Below, one piece after another: positions 46,424 to 55,731 of a DNA stretch of 64,000 nt (positions are counted from its first letter, which is position 1; each line of letters starts with the position of its first letter). The stretch spans positions 3,136,001 through 3,200,000 of the forward strand of contig OZ242358.1 of the NCBI GenBank assembly GCA_965208835.1, given 5' to 3'. A program made the position numbers and the translations under genes. Under the pieces are notes generated by a model. The model was given only the letters and a program-made list of their open reading frames with translations, ran no database searches and was not told where the DNA came from. Origin of the DNA: Candidatus Latescibacterota bacterium. GTDB taxonomy: Bacteria > Latescibacterota > UBA2968 > GCA-2709665.

Positions 46424-49344
46424 ATCTGCAACCTTTCTCCGTCGGGGTCGTAGAACGGCCCGTGGTGAACATAGGCGTCTTCGAGTTCGCCGTCCCGGCG
46501 AATCTGAAACCGCGTTCCCGCTTCCGCCGCCACGTGCGCGGGCAGCCAACAGAGCCCGACGGTCTCTCCGAGCGCCGGACTGAACCGGGAGGAGGTCAAC
46601 CAGCCGATGATCTCCTGTTTTCCGTTACCGTCCGGATGCACCGCCTGCAGACCTTCTTCGGGCACGATCCCCGGCCGCGCCATTTTGAATCCCACGAGCC
46701 GCTGACGGGTCCCGCGTTCCGAGATCCGGGTCAACATGGGCTTGCCCAGAAAGTCCCGCTTCTTCATCTTCACGGCCCATTCCATGTTTGCGGAAAAGGG
46801 ATCGGTCAGCGCGTCGGTATCCTGGCCTACGATGATATGCGCTTTCTCCAGACGGAGCACACGCTGCGCCTCCACCCCGAACGGCCCGATGCCGAATTCC
46901 TCCCCCGCCGCCATCAGCGCCTGCCATACGTGCAGCCCGAACGACGCCGGGCAGTGGATCTCGTAGGAAAGCTCGCCCGTAAACCCGATCCGGAGGACAC
47001 GGCACAGCACGCCGGCGACGCGCGTCGACCGCACCCGCATATAGGGAAACTTCCCGTTGCTCAGGTCGCGGTCCGTGAGCTTTTGCAGCACGTCTCTGGA
47101 CCTGGGTCCCGCCAGGTTGAACGCCGCGTAGGAATCGGTGAGGTTGACAGCGTGTACGCCGTCGCCCCATCCCGACTGCACCCACCATTGTATCCATTCG
47201 TACACCGTCGTCGCGCCGGTGGACGTGGTACTCATATACCACTCGTTCTCCTGAACACGGGCGCACACCCCGTCGTCCATCACCACCCCTTCGTCGTTGC
47301 ACATCACGCCGTACCGGACGCGGCCGACCCCAAGCTTCCGCCACTGGTTGACGTAAAGCCGTTCGAGCAGTTCAGGCACGCCCGTTCCGGTCAGCTGGAT
47401 CTTGCCCAGCGTGCTGACATCCATCAGCCCGACCCGCTCGCGCACGGCCTTCACCTCGGCAATGGGGTCGCCGTAGTCTTCGGGACGCAGCCAGAGCCCC
47501 GCCACCATCATCCTCGCGCCCTGTTCCAGGTGCCACTGGTGCGCCGGACTCACCTGCACGGGCTCCATGATCTGACCGGCCAGCGCGCCCAGCGTTACCG
47601 GCTCCACGGGCGGACGCGACGTTGTCCTGCCCGTTTCCTGAACCTGCCTTCCGTTCGCGCGGGCGCAGAGATGCACGGCGTTCATGGAACACATCCTGCC
47701 CTGGCAGGGGCCCATGGAAATCGTGCTGTACCGTTTCAGCAGTTCGAGACTGTCGTACCCCTCGACGATCGCCGTCTGCAGATCCACGTCGGTGACGTCT
47801 TCACAATAGCACAGAAACCTCTTTTTCCGGCCCGCGACCAGCGTACTGTCGGACGTCCGCACCGGCTCGGCGGCCTTACGGGCCAGGAGATCGGACTTCT
47901 CAGACGCTCCGGGTCCGTCCCCGAAACCCGATGAGGCCGCGGCGCTTCTTCCGGCGATCCGCCCGTCGTCCATGGCGCACGCGGCCGTGGTGGCGCCCGC
48001 GGCGCGGCCCGCGACAAAGATGCCTTCCGGCGCGTTCGTCGCGCGCGGTTCCGAGCGCTGCGCGTCGTAGACCGATTCTCCGCCGGCCATGTGGAACAAT
48101 GCCAGGTCGGGCGTCCAACCCACGCTCACGACAATCAGGTCGCATGCGAGTGTCCGCGCCGCGGATCGATCCGCCTCTCCCAACGGATCGATCCGGGCGA
48201 CCCTGGCGGCCTGTACGCGCTTTGATCCGACGGCTTCCAGAATCGTGTGTCGGAAAAACGCAGGCACGCCACGGGAAATCAACTCGTCGGCGGTCGCACT
48301 GGAACAGGCGTGCCGTTCGTCCACGACCGCGGCGATTTCAATGTCCGCTTCGGCGAGATCCGCGGCCGCGTCCCATCCGTCGTCGTTCGCCGTTACCACC
48401 AGCGCCCTTGCGCCCGGTTTCACGCCATAGAGATTGACCAGCCGCCGGGAGGCGCTGCCCAGCATCACCCCGGGCAGGTCGTTGTTGTCGAACACCAGCG
48501 GCATCTCGAGTGCGCCCGTTGCGACAACGACGGACTTCGCGCGTATCTTGAACAGTCGCGAGCCCTTCACAGCCGCCAGCCAGTTATCCTGGTACCACCC
48601 CAGTACGGCAGTATCGGTGTAAACCTCGATATCCGACCGGTTCGCCACCGACGCCAGCAACGCCTCCAGCCGTCCTGACCCGCCACGCGAGAAGCGCAGG
48701 CGCCCGCCCAGTGACGGCTCGACTTCAAAAAGCGCGACGCTCGCGCCCTGTTCCGCCGCCGCAACGGCCGCGCCAATGCCGGAAGGTCCGCCGCCTGCCA
48801 CCGCCACGTCGACATGCAGATACTGTTTGTCGTACGCGCCGGGTTGCGACGCGAGGTCCACTTTACCCAACCCCGCCGCGCGGCGCAGCAGGTGTTCGTA
48901 GGACGGCCAGAGCGCGGTGGGCCGGATAAAGGTCTTATAGTAGAAACCCACCGGCATCAACGGCGCGGCCAGCTGGGTAAGCGAAAGAAAGTCGCGGTCC
49001 AGCGACGGCTGCGCGTTCTGCGACTGTACGGCCATTCCCGCCTCCACGCGGCGCGTACAGGCGCGGACGTTCGGCTCGTCGTCTATCTGGACCAGACAGT
49101 TCGGGCATTGACCCGCGCAGCACAGCAGACCTCTGGGACGGTGATACTTGAACGACCGGCTGAAGACCTGCACCCCCGCGGCGGCCAGTGCCGATGCGAT
49201 CGTATCGCCCTCGTATCCCGAATAATCCCGTCCATCGAAGGTAAACGCGACCCGTGCATCGCGATCGATGACCTCGCCGGATTGCGGCGGAAGCCTTTCC
49301 GAATCCGCAACGGAATCCGCGCGCGGGATCGATTCAGTCGCCAT
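46420..49344 (-). CDS. soxA: Sarcosine oxidase alpha / MgdC-like subunit
   Basis: GDTIASAL, RSFKYHRPRG, FYYKTF, GGGPSG, NNDLPG, DVSTLGKI, FTGELSYE, LRLEKAH, FYDPDGER. Confidence 0.92.
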   Translation of the reverse strand: MATESIPRADSVADSERLPPQSGEVIDRDARVAFTFDGRDYSGYEGDTIASALAAAGVQVFSRSFKYHRPRGLLCCAGQCPNCLVQIDDEPNVRACTRRVEAGMAVQSQNAQPSLDRDFLSLTQLAAPLMPVGFYYKTFIRPTALWPSYEHLLRRAAGLGKVDLASQPGAYDKQYLHVDVAVAGGGPSGIGAAVAAAEQGASVALFEVEPSLGGRLRFSRGGSGRLEALLASVANRSDIEVYTDTAVLGWYQDNWLAAVKGSRLFKIRAKSVVVATGALEMPLVFDNNDLPGVMLGSASRRLVNLYGVKPGARALVVTANDDGWDAAADLAEADIEIAAVVDERHACSSATADELISRGVPAFFRHTILEAVGSKRVQAARVARIDPLGEADRSAARTLACDLIVVSVGWTPDLALFHMAGGESVYDAQRSEPRATNAPEGIFVAGRAAGATTAACAMDDGRIAGRSAAASSGFGDGPGASEKSDLLARKAAEPVRTSDSTLVAGRKKRFLCYCEDVTDVDLQTAIVEGYDSLELLKRYSTISMGPCQGRMCSMNAVHLCARANGRQVQETGRTTSRPPVEPVTLGALAGQIMEPVQVSPAHQWHLEQGARMMVAGLWLRPEDYGDPIAEVKAVRERVGLMDVSTLGKIQLTGTGVPELLERLYVNQWRKLGVGRVRYGVMCNDEGVVMDDGVCARVQENEWYMSTTSTGATTVYEWIQWWVQSGWGDGVHAVNLTDSYAAFNLAGPRSRDVLQKLTDRDLSNGKFPYMRVRSTRVAGVLCRVLRIGFTGELSYEIHCPASFGLHVWQALMAAGEEFGIGPFGVEAQRVLRLEKAHIIVGQDTDALTDPFSANMEWAVKMKKRDFLGKPMLTRISERGTRQRLVGFKMARPGIVPEEGLQAVHPDGNGKQEIIGWLTSSRFSPALGETVGLCWLPAHVAAEAGTRFQIRRDGELEDAYVHHGPFYDPDGERLQM

Positions 49345-49621
49345 CCCGGTCCTCCCCGACCGCTTCCGCCTGCCAGACGTACGTTTTCACGACCTCCTGC
49401 GTCTTCGTATGCCGCTGGGCCAGGAACCAGAGACCGCACCCCGCCTGGTGATACCACCACGCCGTCTCCACGCCCAGCTTGTTGTCGCTCAGATAGAGAT
49501 ACGCGGCCATCTCCTCATCGTCGCACGCATCGGGATCCGCGGGCCGGGGATTGTATTCACCCCCGAAACGGAACTCGCTTACATTTCGTTCGCCGCAATT
49601 CGGGCAGGACAGAATCAACAT
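49334..49621 (-). CDS. soxD: Sarcosine oxidase delta / MgdB-like subunit
   Basis: CPNCGER...EFRFGGE...W.H..GC..WF...RHT. Confidence 0.9.
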   Translation of the reverse strand: MLILSCPNCGERNVSEFRFGGEYNPRPADPDACDDEEMAAYLYLSDNKLGVETAWWYHQAGCGLWFLAQRHTKTQEVVKTYVWQAEAVGEDRDGD

Positions 49622-49660
49622 CGGACACTCAGATTCGGGGCCCATGCAAGGGCCATATTA

Positions 49661-49848
49661 GAAGCTGTCTTAAAATTCCCAGCGGTCTTCGCGCGGCTGC
49701 AAAAGCGCCGGTCGGCGTTGGTCAAACCCACCCGTATCCAATGTATCGAGGCTGCGCGCCCCTCGCCTCTCTTAGGCGGATTTTCCCGCCTTGACCGCCA
49801 CTTTTTCGCTCGCGCTCGGGAACTCACCGGTAATTTTAAAACACCTTC
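49661..49848 (+). mobile_element. MITE family A copy 4 (expanded central loop), between soxB and soxD
   Basis: TIRs, perfect TTA duplication, ~26 extra nt in the centre. Confidence 0.9.
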
Positions 49849-49884
49849 TTAGCAAAATAACCGGCCTTTTCGGCGATCCGAGGG

Positions 49885-51123
49885 TCAGTGACCCACCGAC
49901 GCCGCGCCCTTTTCGCCGACCAGGTCGAATTCCTCGAACCTGGACAGCCTGAACGGGTGAATTAACTCCGGCGTGCGGTCGCCGGCGATCAGTTCCGCCA
50001 TCGTCCGCCCGCAGATGGGGGACGCCTTGAAGCCGTACGTTCCCCAGCCCACGTCCACAAGAAAACCGTGCACGGGAGTAAAGCCCATGATTGGACTGTA
50101 ATCAGGCGTCATATCGCAAAGCCCCGCCCACTGACGCAGGACCCGCACCCTGCTCAGAAACGGAAACAACTCGAGCATGTGTCCGGCGATGCTTTCCATA
50201 AACGCCAGCGATGAATCCATCGAATAGGACGTATAGGGGTCCACGCTTGCGCCCATCACGAGTTCGCCGCGGTCCGACTGGCTCACGTACACGTGCAGAC
50301 TGCCCGACACGATGACGACGTCGAGAAACGGCTTCAGAGGTTCGGTGACGCACGCCTGCAGGGGAAAGGTGGTCAGGGGCAGGCGTACGCCCGCCATATC
50401 GGCGATGGTCGACCCCCACCCGGCCGTCGCGTTCAACACCGTGCCGGTTTTGATGTAACCCCCGGTCGTCTCCACGCCCGCGACGCTCTGGCCGCGCACG
50501 TCGATCCCGGTCACCGCGGTCTGCTGGTGAATGTGCACGCCGCGCCGGTCGGCCTGGTGCGCATAGCCCCACACGACGGCGTCGTGCCGGACGATGCCTC
50601 CGGGGGGATGGTACAACGCGGCCATAATCGGGTAGCGGGGATGGTCGCTGACGTCGATGCCCGGGCAGAGTCTCTCGATTTCGGCGGGCCATATCAATTC
50701 CGACACTACACCCTGCAGCTTGTTCACCTCCGCCCGCCTGCGCATGGTGCGCACGGCCCCGTCGGTATGCGCCAGCGTGAGGTGCCCGCGCTGGCTGAAC
50801 ATGACGTTGAAATCCAGCTCCGTCGCCATCTGCTCGTACAGCCGCACGCTTTCGTCGTAAAAGCGCACCCCTTCCGGTGTCAGATAGTTGCTGCGGATAA
50901 TGGCGGTGTTCCGGCCGCTTCCGCCGGAACCGATATACCCTCTTTCGATAATGGCAACATTCGTAATGCCGTGTTCGGCCGCCAGATAGTAGGCGCACGC
51001 CAGACCATGCGCGCCTCCGCCCACAATTACCACGTCGTAACGGTCCCTGACGGGATGGGACCGCCACATCCTGGGCAACAGCCCGTTACCATTGAGCGCC
51101 TGTCGAATCAGCTTGAACGACAC
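49885..51123 (-). CDS. soxB: Sarcosine oxidase beta / MgdA-like FAD subunit
   Basis: GGGAHGL..AYYLA, GRNTAIIRSNY, RHDAVVWGYA, WAG..DMTPD, GWGTYGFKA. Confidence 0.92.
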   Translation of the reverse strand: MSFKLIRQALNGNGLLPRMWRSHPVRDRYDVVIVGGGAHGLACAYYLAAEHGITNVAIIERGYIGSGGSGRNTAIIRSNYLTPEGVRFYDESVRLYEQMATELDFNVMFSQRGHLTLAHTDGAVRTMRRRAEVNKLQGVVSELIWPAEIERLCPGIDVSDHPRYPIMAALYHPPGGIVRHDAVVWGYAHQADRRGVHIHQQTAVTGIDVRGQSVAGVETTGGYIKTGTVLNATAGWGSTIADMAGVRLPLTTFPLQACVTEPLKPFLDVVIVSGSLHVYVSQSDRGELVMGASVDPYTSYSMDSSLAFMESIAGHMLELFPFLSRVRVLRQWAGLCDMTPDYSPIMGFTPVHGFLVDVGWGTYGFKASPICGRTMAELIAGDRTPELIHPFRLSRFEEFDLVGEKGAASVGH

Positions 51124-51169
51124 GGAATTGTCCCCTAAAAACCCGGCCAGGCCACGGACGACGGGGGCA

Positions 51170-52516
51170 TTAACTCCATCCGGGCCCGCCCCCCACGACC
51201 CGGTTTGTTCCGACGAGGGGAAGATTGCAGATCATGGATGCCTCGGAAGTGAGCGCACGCATGTCTTCAGGCTCCAGATCGTGCACATCCGCCTTTCCGC
51301 ATGCGCGCGCAAGAATCTGGATCTCGGACGTCATGGCCTGAAGCAGGTTGGCCACCCGCTCTGCCGCTTCATCCACGTCGAGGCGGGACATCAGTTCGGG
51401 GTCCTGCGTGGTAATGCCCACCGGACAGCGACCGGTATGGCAGTGATGGCAATGATAAGGTTCCGCGCCAAGCGCCCGGTAGTCGTCAATGAAAATGGGT
51501 CGGTTGCAATTCAACGCCATCAACGCCGCCGTGCCGATATAAATAGCATCGGCGCCCAGCGCCATGGCCTTGGCGGCGTCGACGCCGTTCCGGATGCCGC
51601 CCGCGATGATCAGCTGCACCTTTCCATACATGCCGATGTCTTCAAGCGCCGCACGCGCTTCACTCACCGCCGCCAGCGTGGGAATCCCCGTATGCTCCTG
51701 GCAGATTTCCGCGGACGCCCCGGTTCCGCCTTCCATGCCGTCGACCACAACCACGTCGGCACCCGCCTTGGCGGCCAGGCGAACGTCGTCGAATACGCGC
51801 GTGGCGCCCATCTTGACGAAAATCGGAACCTGCCAGTCCGTGGCCTCGCGCAACTCTTCGATCTTGATGATCATATCGTCCGGGCCCAGGAAATCCGGGT
51901 GCCGCGCCGGACTCCGCTGGTCGACGCCGATGGGCAGGTCCCGCTGCGACGCCACGTCGCCCAGCACCTTGGCGCCCAGCAGCAGTCCACCCGTGCCAGG
52001 CTTCGCCCCCTGTCCGATAGTGAGTTCGATACCGTCGGCGACCCGCAGGTCATGCACGTTGATTCCGTACCGCGAAGGCAGGACCTCGTAGACCAGCGCC
52101 TTGCTTTCTTCCCGCTCGGCCTTCAACATCCCTCCGTCGCCGGTCGTATTCGAGGATCCGACCATATTGGCGCCCCGTGCGAGCGCCACCTTGGCGTTGT
52201 AGGACAGGGCGCCCCAACTCATGCCGGTAATCATGATGGGCGTATCCAGCACGATTGGCTTTTCGGCAAAGCGATCGCCGAGAACCGTCTGAGCCGAGCA
52301 GCGTTCCCTGTATCCTTCCAGCGGAATGCGCGTGAGCGTACAGGGAATGAAGGTCAGGTCGTCGAACGTCGGCCACCGCCGTTCGCGAAGCGTGCCGAAC
52401 CCGCGTATCCGGTACCGCCCCAGCTCCGCCTTGACCTGGATGTCTTCGATGACGGCGGGCGTAAACGTGCCGCTTGCTTCCGGCGGACGATGACGCCCGT
52501 TATATTCTGCGTCCAT
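51170..52516 (-). CDS. glxD: FMN-binding glutamate synthase-like subunit (GlxD/MgsC)
   Basis: GMSWGALS, TTGDGG, GQGAKPGTGG, DQRSPARHPD, DGMEGGT, CHHCHTGRCPVGITTQ. Confidence 0.9.
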   Translation of the reverse strand: MDAEYNGRHRPPEASGTFTPAVIEDIQVKAELGRYRIRGFGTLRERRWPTFDDLTFIPCTLTRIPLEGYRERCSAQTVLGDRFAEKPIVLDTPIMITGMSWGALSYNAKVALARGANMVGSSNTTGDGGMLKAEREESKALVYEVLPSRYGINVHDLRVADGIELTIGQGAKPGTGGLLLGAKVLGDVASQRDLPIGVDQRSPARHPDFLGPDDMIIKIEELREATDWQVPIFVKMGATRVFDDVRLAAKAGADVVVVDGMEGGTGASAEICQEHTGIPTLAAVSEARAALEDIGMYGKVQLIIAGGIRNGVDAAKAMALGADAIYIGTAALMALNCNRPIFIDDYRALGAEPYHCHHCHTGRCPVGITTQDPELMSRLDVDEAAERVANLLQAMTSEIQILARACGKADVHDLEPEDMRALTSEASMICNLPLVGTNRVVGGGPGWS

Positions 52517-52594
52517 AAATGCCCTGTCGGGTTGAATTCAAGGTGCGTCGGTACCCCTTCGTCCGGAATGAAAGGCGGATCACGCATCCGTGCA

Positions 52595-53290
52595 TTACAA
52601 CGCCTCCCGCCACACCGCGCGTTCGTCCTTGTCGAAATTCCAGAGTTTGCGTCCGGCCACCACCTTCTTGAATGACCTGACGTCCCGGCGTCTGCCCAGG
52701 TGTTCCTGTATGGCGGCGTTCAGAAAAGCGAACTCGCTCTCGTCCGGCGTCTCCACAACCGCGTCGTTGCCGAGTTCGGCGATCTCCCCGCCCACGAAAC
52801 ACTCGGTCTCATACATGGAATCGGCAAAGGCGTCGCCGGTATCGCCGCAGATGATCATGCGGCCCCGCTGTCCCATGAAACCTGCCATATAACCGCAGTC
52901 TCCACCCACGAGGATCAACCCGCCCTTCATCGCCACGCCCAGCCGGGCCGCGGCGTGACCCCGCACGACCACGGTCCCGCCGCGAATGGACGCCGCCGTA
53001 CCGTTGCCCGCGTTGCCGTGCACAATCACCTTCCCGTTCATCATCGACTCGGCCAGGCCCCAGCCCGCGCTGCCCTTTACTTCGACGGTCGCCCCGTCAA
53101 TCATCCCGGCGCAATAGTATCCCACGCTGCCATGCAGCGTGAGATGTACGGGATCCAGAAGCGCCACCCCGAGATTGTGGCGCGCGCCCGGGTCCAGTAC
53201 CTGCACTTCGCCTTCCCCCGCGGTGAAGAACGCCCTGATCTCGCGGTTGATTTCCCGCGTGGATTTTCCGTTGCAGGTCAGTTGCGCCAT
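52595..53290 (-). CDS. glxC: GXGXG-domain subunit, copy 1 (GlxC/MgsB)
   Basis: HNLGV, GSVGYYCAG, AESMMNG, GFMGQRG, DSMYE, RKLWNF. Confidence 0.87.
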   Translation of the reverse strand: MAQLTCNGKSTREINREIRAFFTAGEGEVQVLDPGARHNLGVALLDPVHLTLHGSVGYYCAGMIDGATVEVKGSAGWGLAESMMNGKVIVHGNAGNGTAASIRGGTVVVRGHAAARLGVAMKGGLILVGGDCGYMAGFMGQRGRMIICGDTGDAFADSMYETECFVGGEIAELGNDAVVETPDESEFAFLNAAIQEHLGRRRDVRSFKKVVAGRKLWNFDKDERAVWREAL

Positions 53291-54183
53291 AGTCGCATGT
53301 CCCTCGCACGGGCTTCTACGACATCGTAGTTTCCATCCAGGGCCGAACGGAAGGCGATCTCTTCCGTAGCCACCGCGGCGAAGTCGTCCGTTTCCGCAAA
53401 TAGCAACGGTTTGAAGGAATACGGATCCCGGACGAAACCCACGGCTTGTGGCGTGGCCACCAGATAGCTGAAAGAACCGTCCAGATCCACCAGGGAGGCG
53501 GCCATCGCCGCCTCGAGGTCCTTTCCATCCGCAAGCTGCCGGCGGAGATACATTCCGATGATTTCGGAGTCGTTCTCGGTGTAGAACCGGGCGCCTTCCT
53601 GTTCGTATATTCGCCGCAGCTTGTGATAGTTCGTGATGTGCCCGTTGTGAACGATTGCAAGGTCCGGATGACCGTGGGCCCAGAACGGCTGGGAGTGGCT
53701 CAAGTCGATCCGCGACTCGGTGGACAGACGGGTATGGCCGATGCCGTGCGTCCCTTCGAAGCCGGAAACCCCGTATGATCTGTCCAGGTTGAGGGGGGAC
53801 CCCACCTGCTTTACGATTTCCAGCCGGCGTCCCATACTCACCACCTCCACACCCTCGCCCGCGTCCTCGATTGCCAGCTCCAGCTTGCTCGCGTCGCCTC
53901 CATAGGCAAGAACCAGCCTCAGGTACTCCTCCGTGCGCGCCCAGCCGGCCACGGCGCCGAATGCCTCCGCACGCGCCACGACCCTCCGCGCTGTTGCCTC
54001 GTAATCCGCGTGTTCCCCGAGACTCACACGCAGGACCATTCGTCCGTTTTGACCTTCACCATAAAGCGCCACGCCTGCCGAATCCGGACCCCGGCAATCC
54101 AGGGCGCCCAGCATCTTCAGAATGGTCCGTCCGAGTCCGCCGGTATCCTCCTGCCGGTTCCAGAACCCCACGATTCCACACAT
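53278..54183 (-). CDS. glxB: Class II glutamine amidotransferase, copy 1 (GlxB/MgsA)
   Basis: MCGIVG, RGPDSAG, GHTRLSTES, HNGHITNY, NDSE, LDGSFSY. Confidence 0.87.
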   Translation of the reverse strand: MCGIVGFWNRQEDTGGLGRTILKMLGALDCRGPDSAGVALYGEGQNGRMVLRVSLGEHADYEATARRVVARAEAFGAVAGWARTEEYLRLVLAYGGDASKLELAIEDAGEGVEVVSMGRRLEIVKQVGSPLNLDRSYGVSGFEGTHGIGHTRLSTESRIDLSHSQPFWAHGHPDLAIVHNGHITNYHKLRRIYEQEGARFYTENDSEIIGMYLRRQLADGKDLEAAMAASLVDLDGSFSYLVATPQAVGFVRDPYSFKPLLFAETDDFAAVATEEIAFRSALDGNYDVVEARARDMRLWRN

Positions 54184-54205
54184 CGCTCGTTCTCCGGAAT
54201 TACAC

Positions 54206-54242
54206 AAAAAAACCCGTACCAGCTTCGGTGAAGCGGGTACGG
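54206..54242 (-). terminator. Intrinsic terminator-like hairpin
   Basis: Minus strand CCGTACC-C-GCTTC-ACC-GAAGC-T-GGTACGG followed by G and T7. Confidence 0.7.
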
Positions 54243-54313
54243 ATGATCGCACCGCACAGGACAAAAGTCAAGCCAAAAACTCTTGGTGTCCCGTCCCTGA
54301 AATATACCGCCAT

Positions 54314-55693
54314 TTATCCGCCGCGAACAGGCTGACTCGCCGCCCCGCAGCACCGCTTGAACTTCCTGCCGCTGCCGCACGGACACGGTTCGTTCCGTCC
54401 CGTGCTTCGGGCGCGGAACCCCGCCCTTTCGGATTCCCGGGCGCGCACCCATCCCATCACGTTCGCGGCCGGCCTCCCCGCGGCAAGCTCTTTCGACATC
54501 ATCTTCATGTAGGGGTCCACGTGGCCGAAGAACATCTTGTACCCCCTGCAGAGATAGTTCAGCCCCTCTTCCCCGTCCGGCGCGTGAATAAACCTCTGCT
54601 TGGGGCAGCCGCCGTTGCATGCGAACCGGTAGTCGCAGGCCCTGCAATACGCCGGCAGGGTATCGCGTTTGTCGGACCCGAATTTCTCCTGCAGGGGGCT
54701 GGCAACCATCTCACGGATGCTCTTTTCCCGGACGTTGCCAAGGTTGTACGTCGGATAGACGAAATGGTCGCAGGAATACAAATCACCGTTGTGTTCAATG
54801 ATCAGCGCCCTGCCGCACTTTTCCGCGAATATGCAGAGGCTGGCGTCCTGGCCCATCCAGCTTCCCAGCGCGATATCGAACATCTGGACGAAATAGCGGC
54901 CTACGTCCTTCCGGACCCATTCGTCGAAGACCTTGCAGAGGAACCGGCCGTATTGGGCCGAACCCACCGACCACTTCGAGACCCGGGCCCGCCCTTCGAA
55001 CTCCGGCGCGACAAGCTGCAGCAGATCCTCACCCGGCGCGTCCGCGATCCGCTCGACTATCGGGATAAACTGCATGTAACGGCTCCCGATGGACTTGAGA
55101 AAGCGATAGACTTCCACCGGGTAATCCGCGTTGTGGGCCTGCAGCACCGTAAGGGTATTGTATTCAACCCGGTGTTTCTTCAGGACTTCCAGGCCTTCCA
55201 TCACGCGGTCGAACGTGGGCTTTCCCCCTTTGTCAACGCGATACCGGTCGTGCATTTCTCGCGGTCCGTCCACGGACAGCCCCACGAGAAACCGGTGTTC
55301 CGCCAGGAATTCGCCCCACTCGTCATCGAGCAGAATACCGTTGGTCTGAAATGCGTTTGTGACGGTCTTGCCGTTGGCATACCGGGATTGAAGGGCCACG
55401 GCCTTGCGATAAAAGTCGACCCCCATCAGCGTGGGTTCTCCGCCCTGCCACGCGAAGTGCGCCTCCGGGACGTCCTGCGCTTCGATATAGTGCCGGACGT
55501 AGAGTTCCAGCGTCTCATCGTCCATCATCCAGTTCCCGCCGGCATCGGGGTACAGCTTTTCCTTCTCCAGGTAGAAGCAATACTTGCAATCTATATTGCA
55601 GACCGCGCCGGATGGCTTGGCCATCACGTGGCATGCCTCCGGCCGTTCAACGGTCGCTTCGTTCGTGGCCATCTGTGCTGTCAAGGTATCCAT
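54314..55693 (-). CDS. Anaerobic sulfatase maturase (radical SAM/SPASM, C-terminal SEC-C)
   Basis: KP....CNIDCKYCFYL, WQGGEPTL, YSCDHFV, CNGGCPK, GRNEPCPCGSGRKFKRCC. Confidence 0.93.
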   Translation of the reverse strand: MDTLTAQMATNEATVERPEACHVMAKPSGAVCNIDCKYCFYLEKEKLYPDAGGNWMMDDETLELYVRHYIEAQDVPEAHFAWQGGEPTLMGVDFYRKAVALQSRYANGKTVTNAFQTNGILLDDEWGEFLAEHRFLVGLSVDGPREMHDRYRVDKGGKPTFDRVMEGLEVLKKHRVEYNTLTVLQAHNADYPVEVYRFLKSIGSRYMQFIPIVERIADAPGEDLLQLVAPEFEGRARVSKWSVGSAQYGRFLCKVFDEWVRKDVGRYFVQMFDIALGSWMGQDASLCIFAEKCGRALIIEHNGDLYSCDHFVYPTYNLGNVREKSIREMVASPLQEKFGSDKRDTLPAYCRACDYRFACNGGCPKQRFIHAPDGEEGLNYLCRGYKMFFGHVDPYMKMMSKELAAGRPAANVMGWVRARESERAGFRARSTGRNEPCPCGSGRKFKRCCGAASQPVRGG

Positions 55694-55731
55694 ATGTGCT
55701 GTGTAATCAACCGGTTAATGGCAACCTGCCG

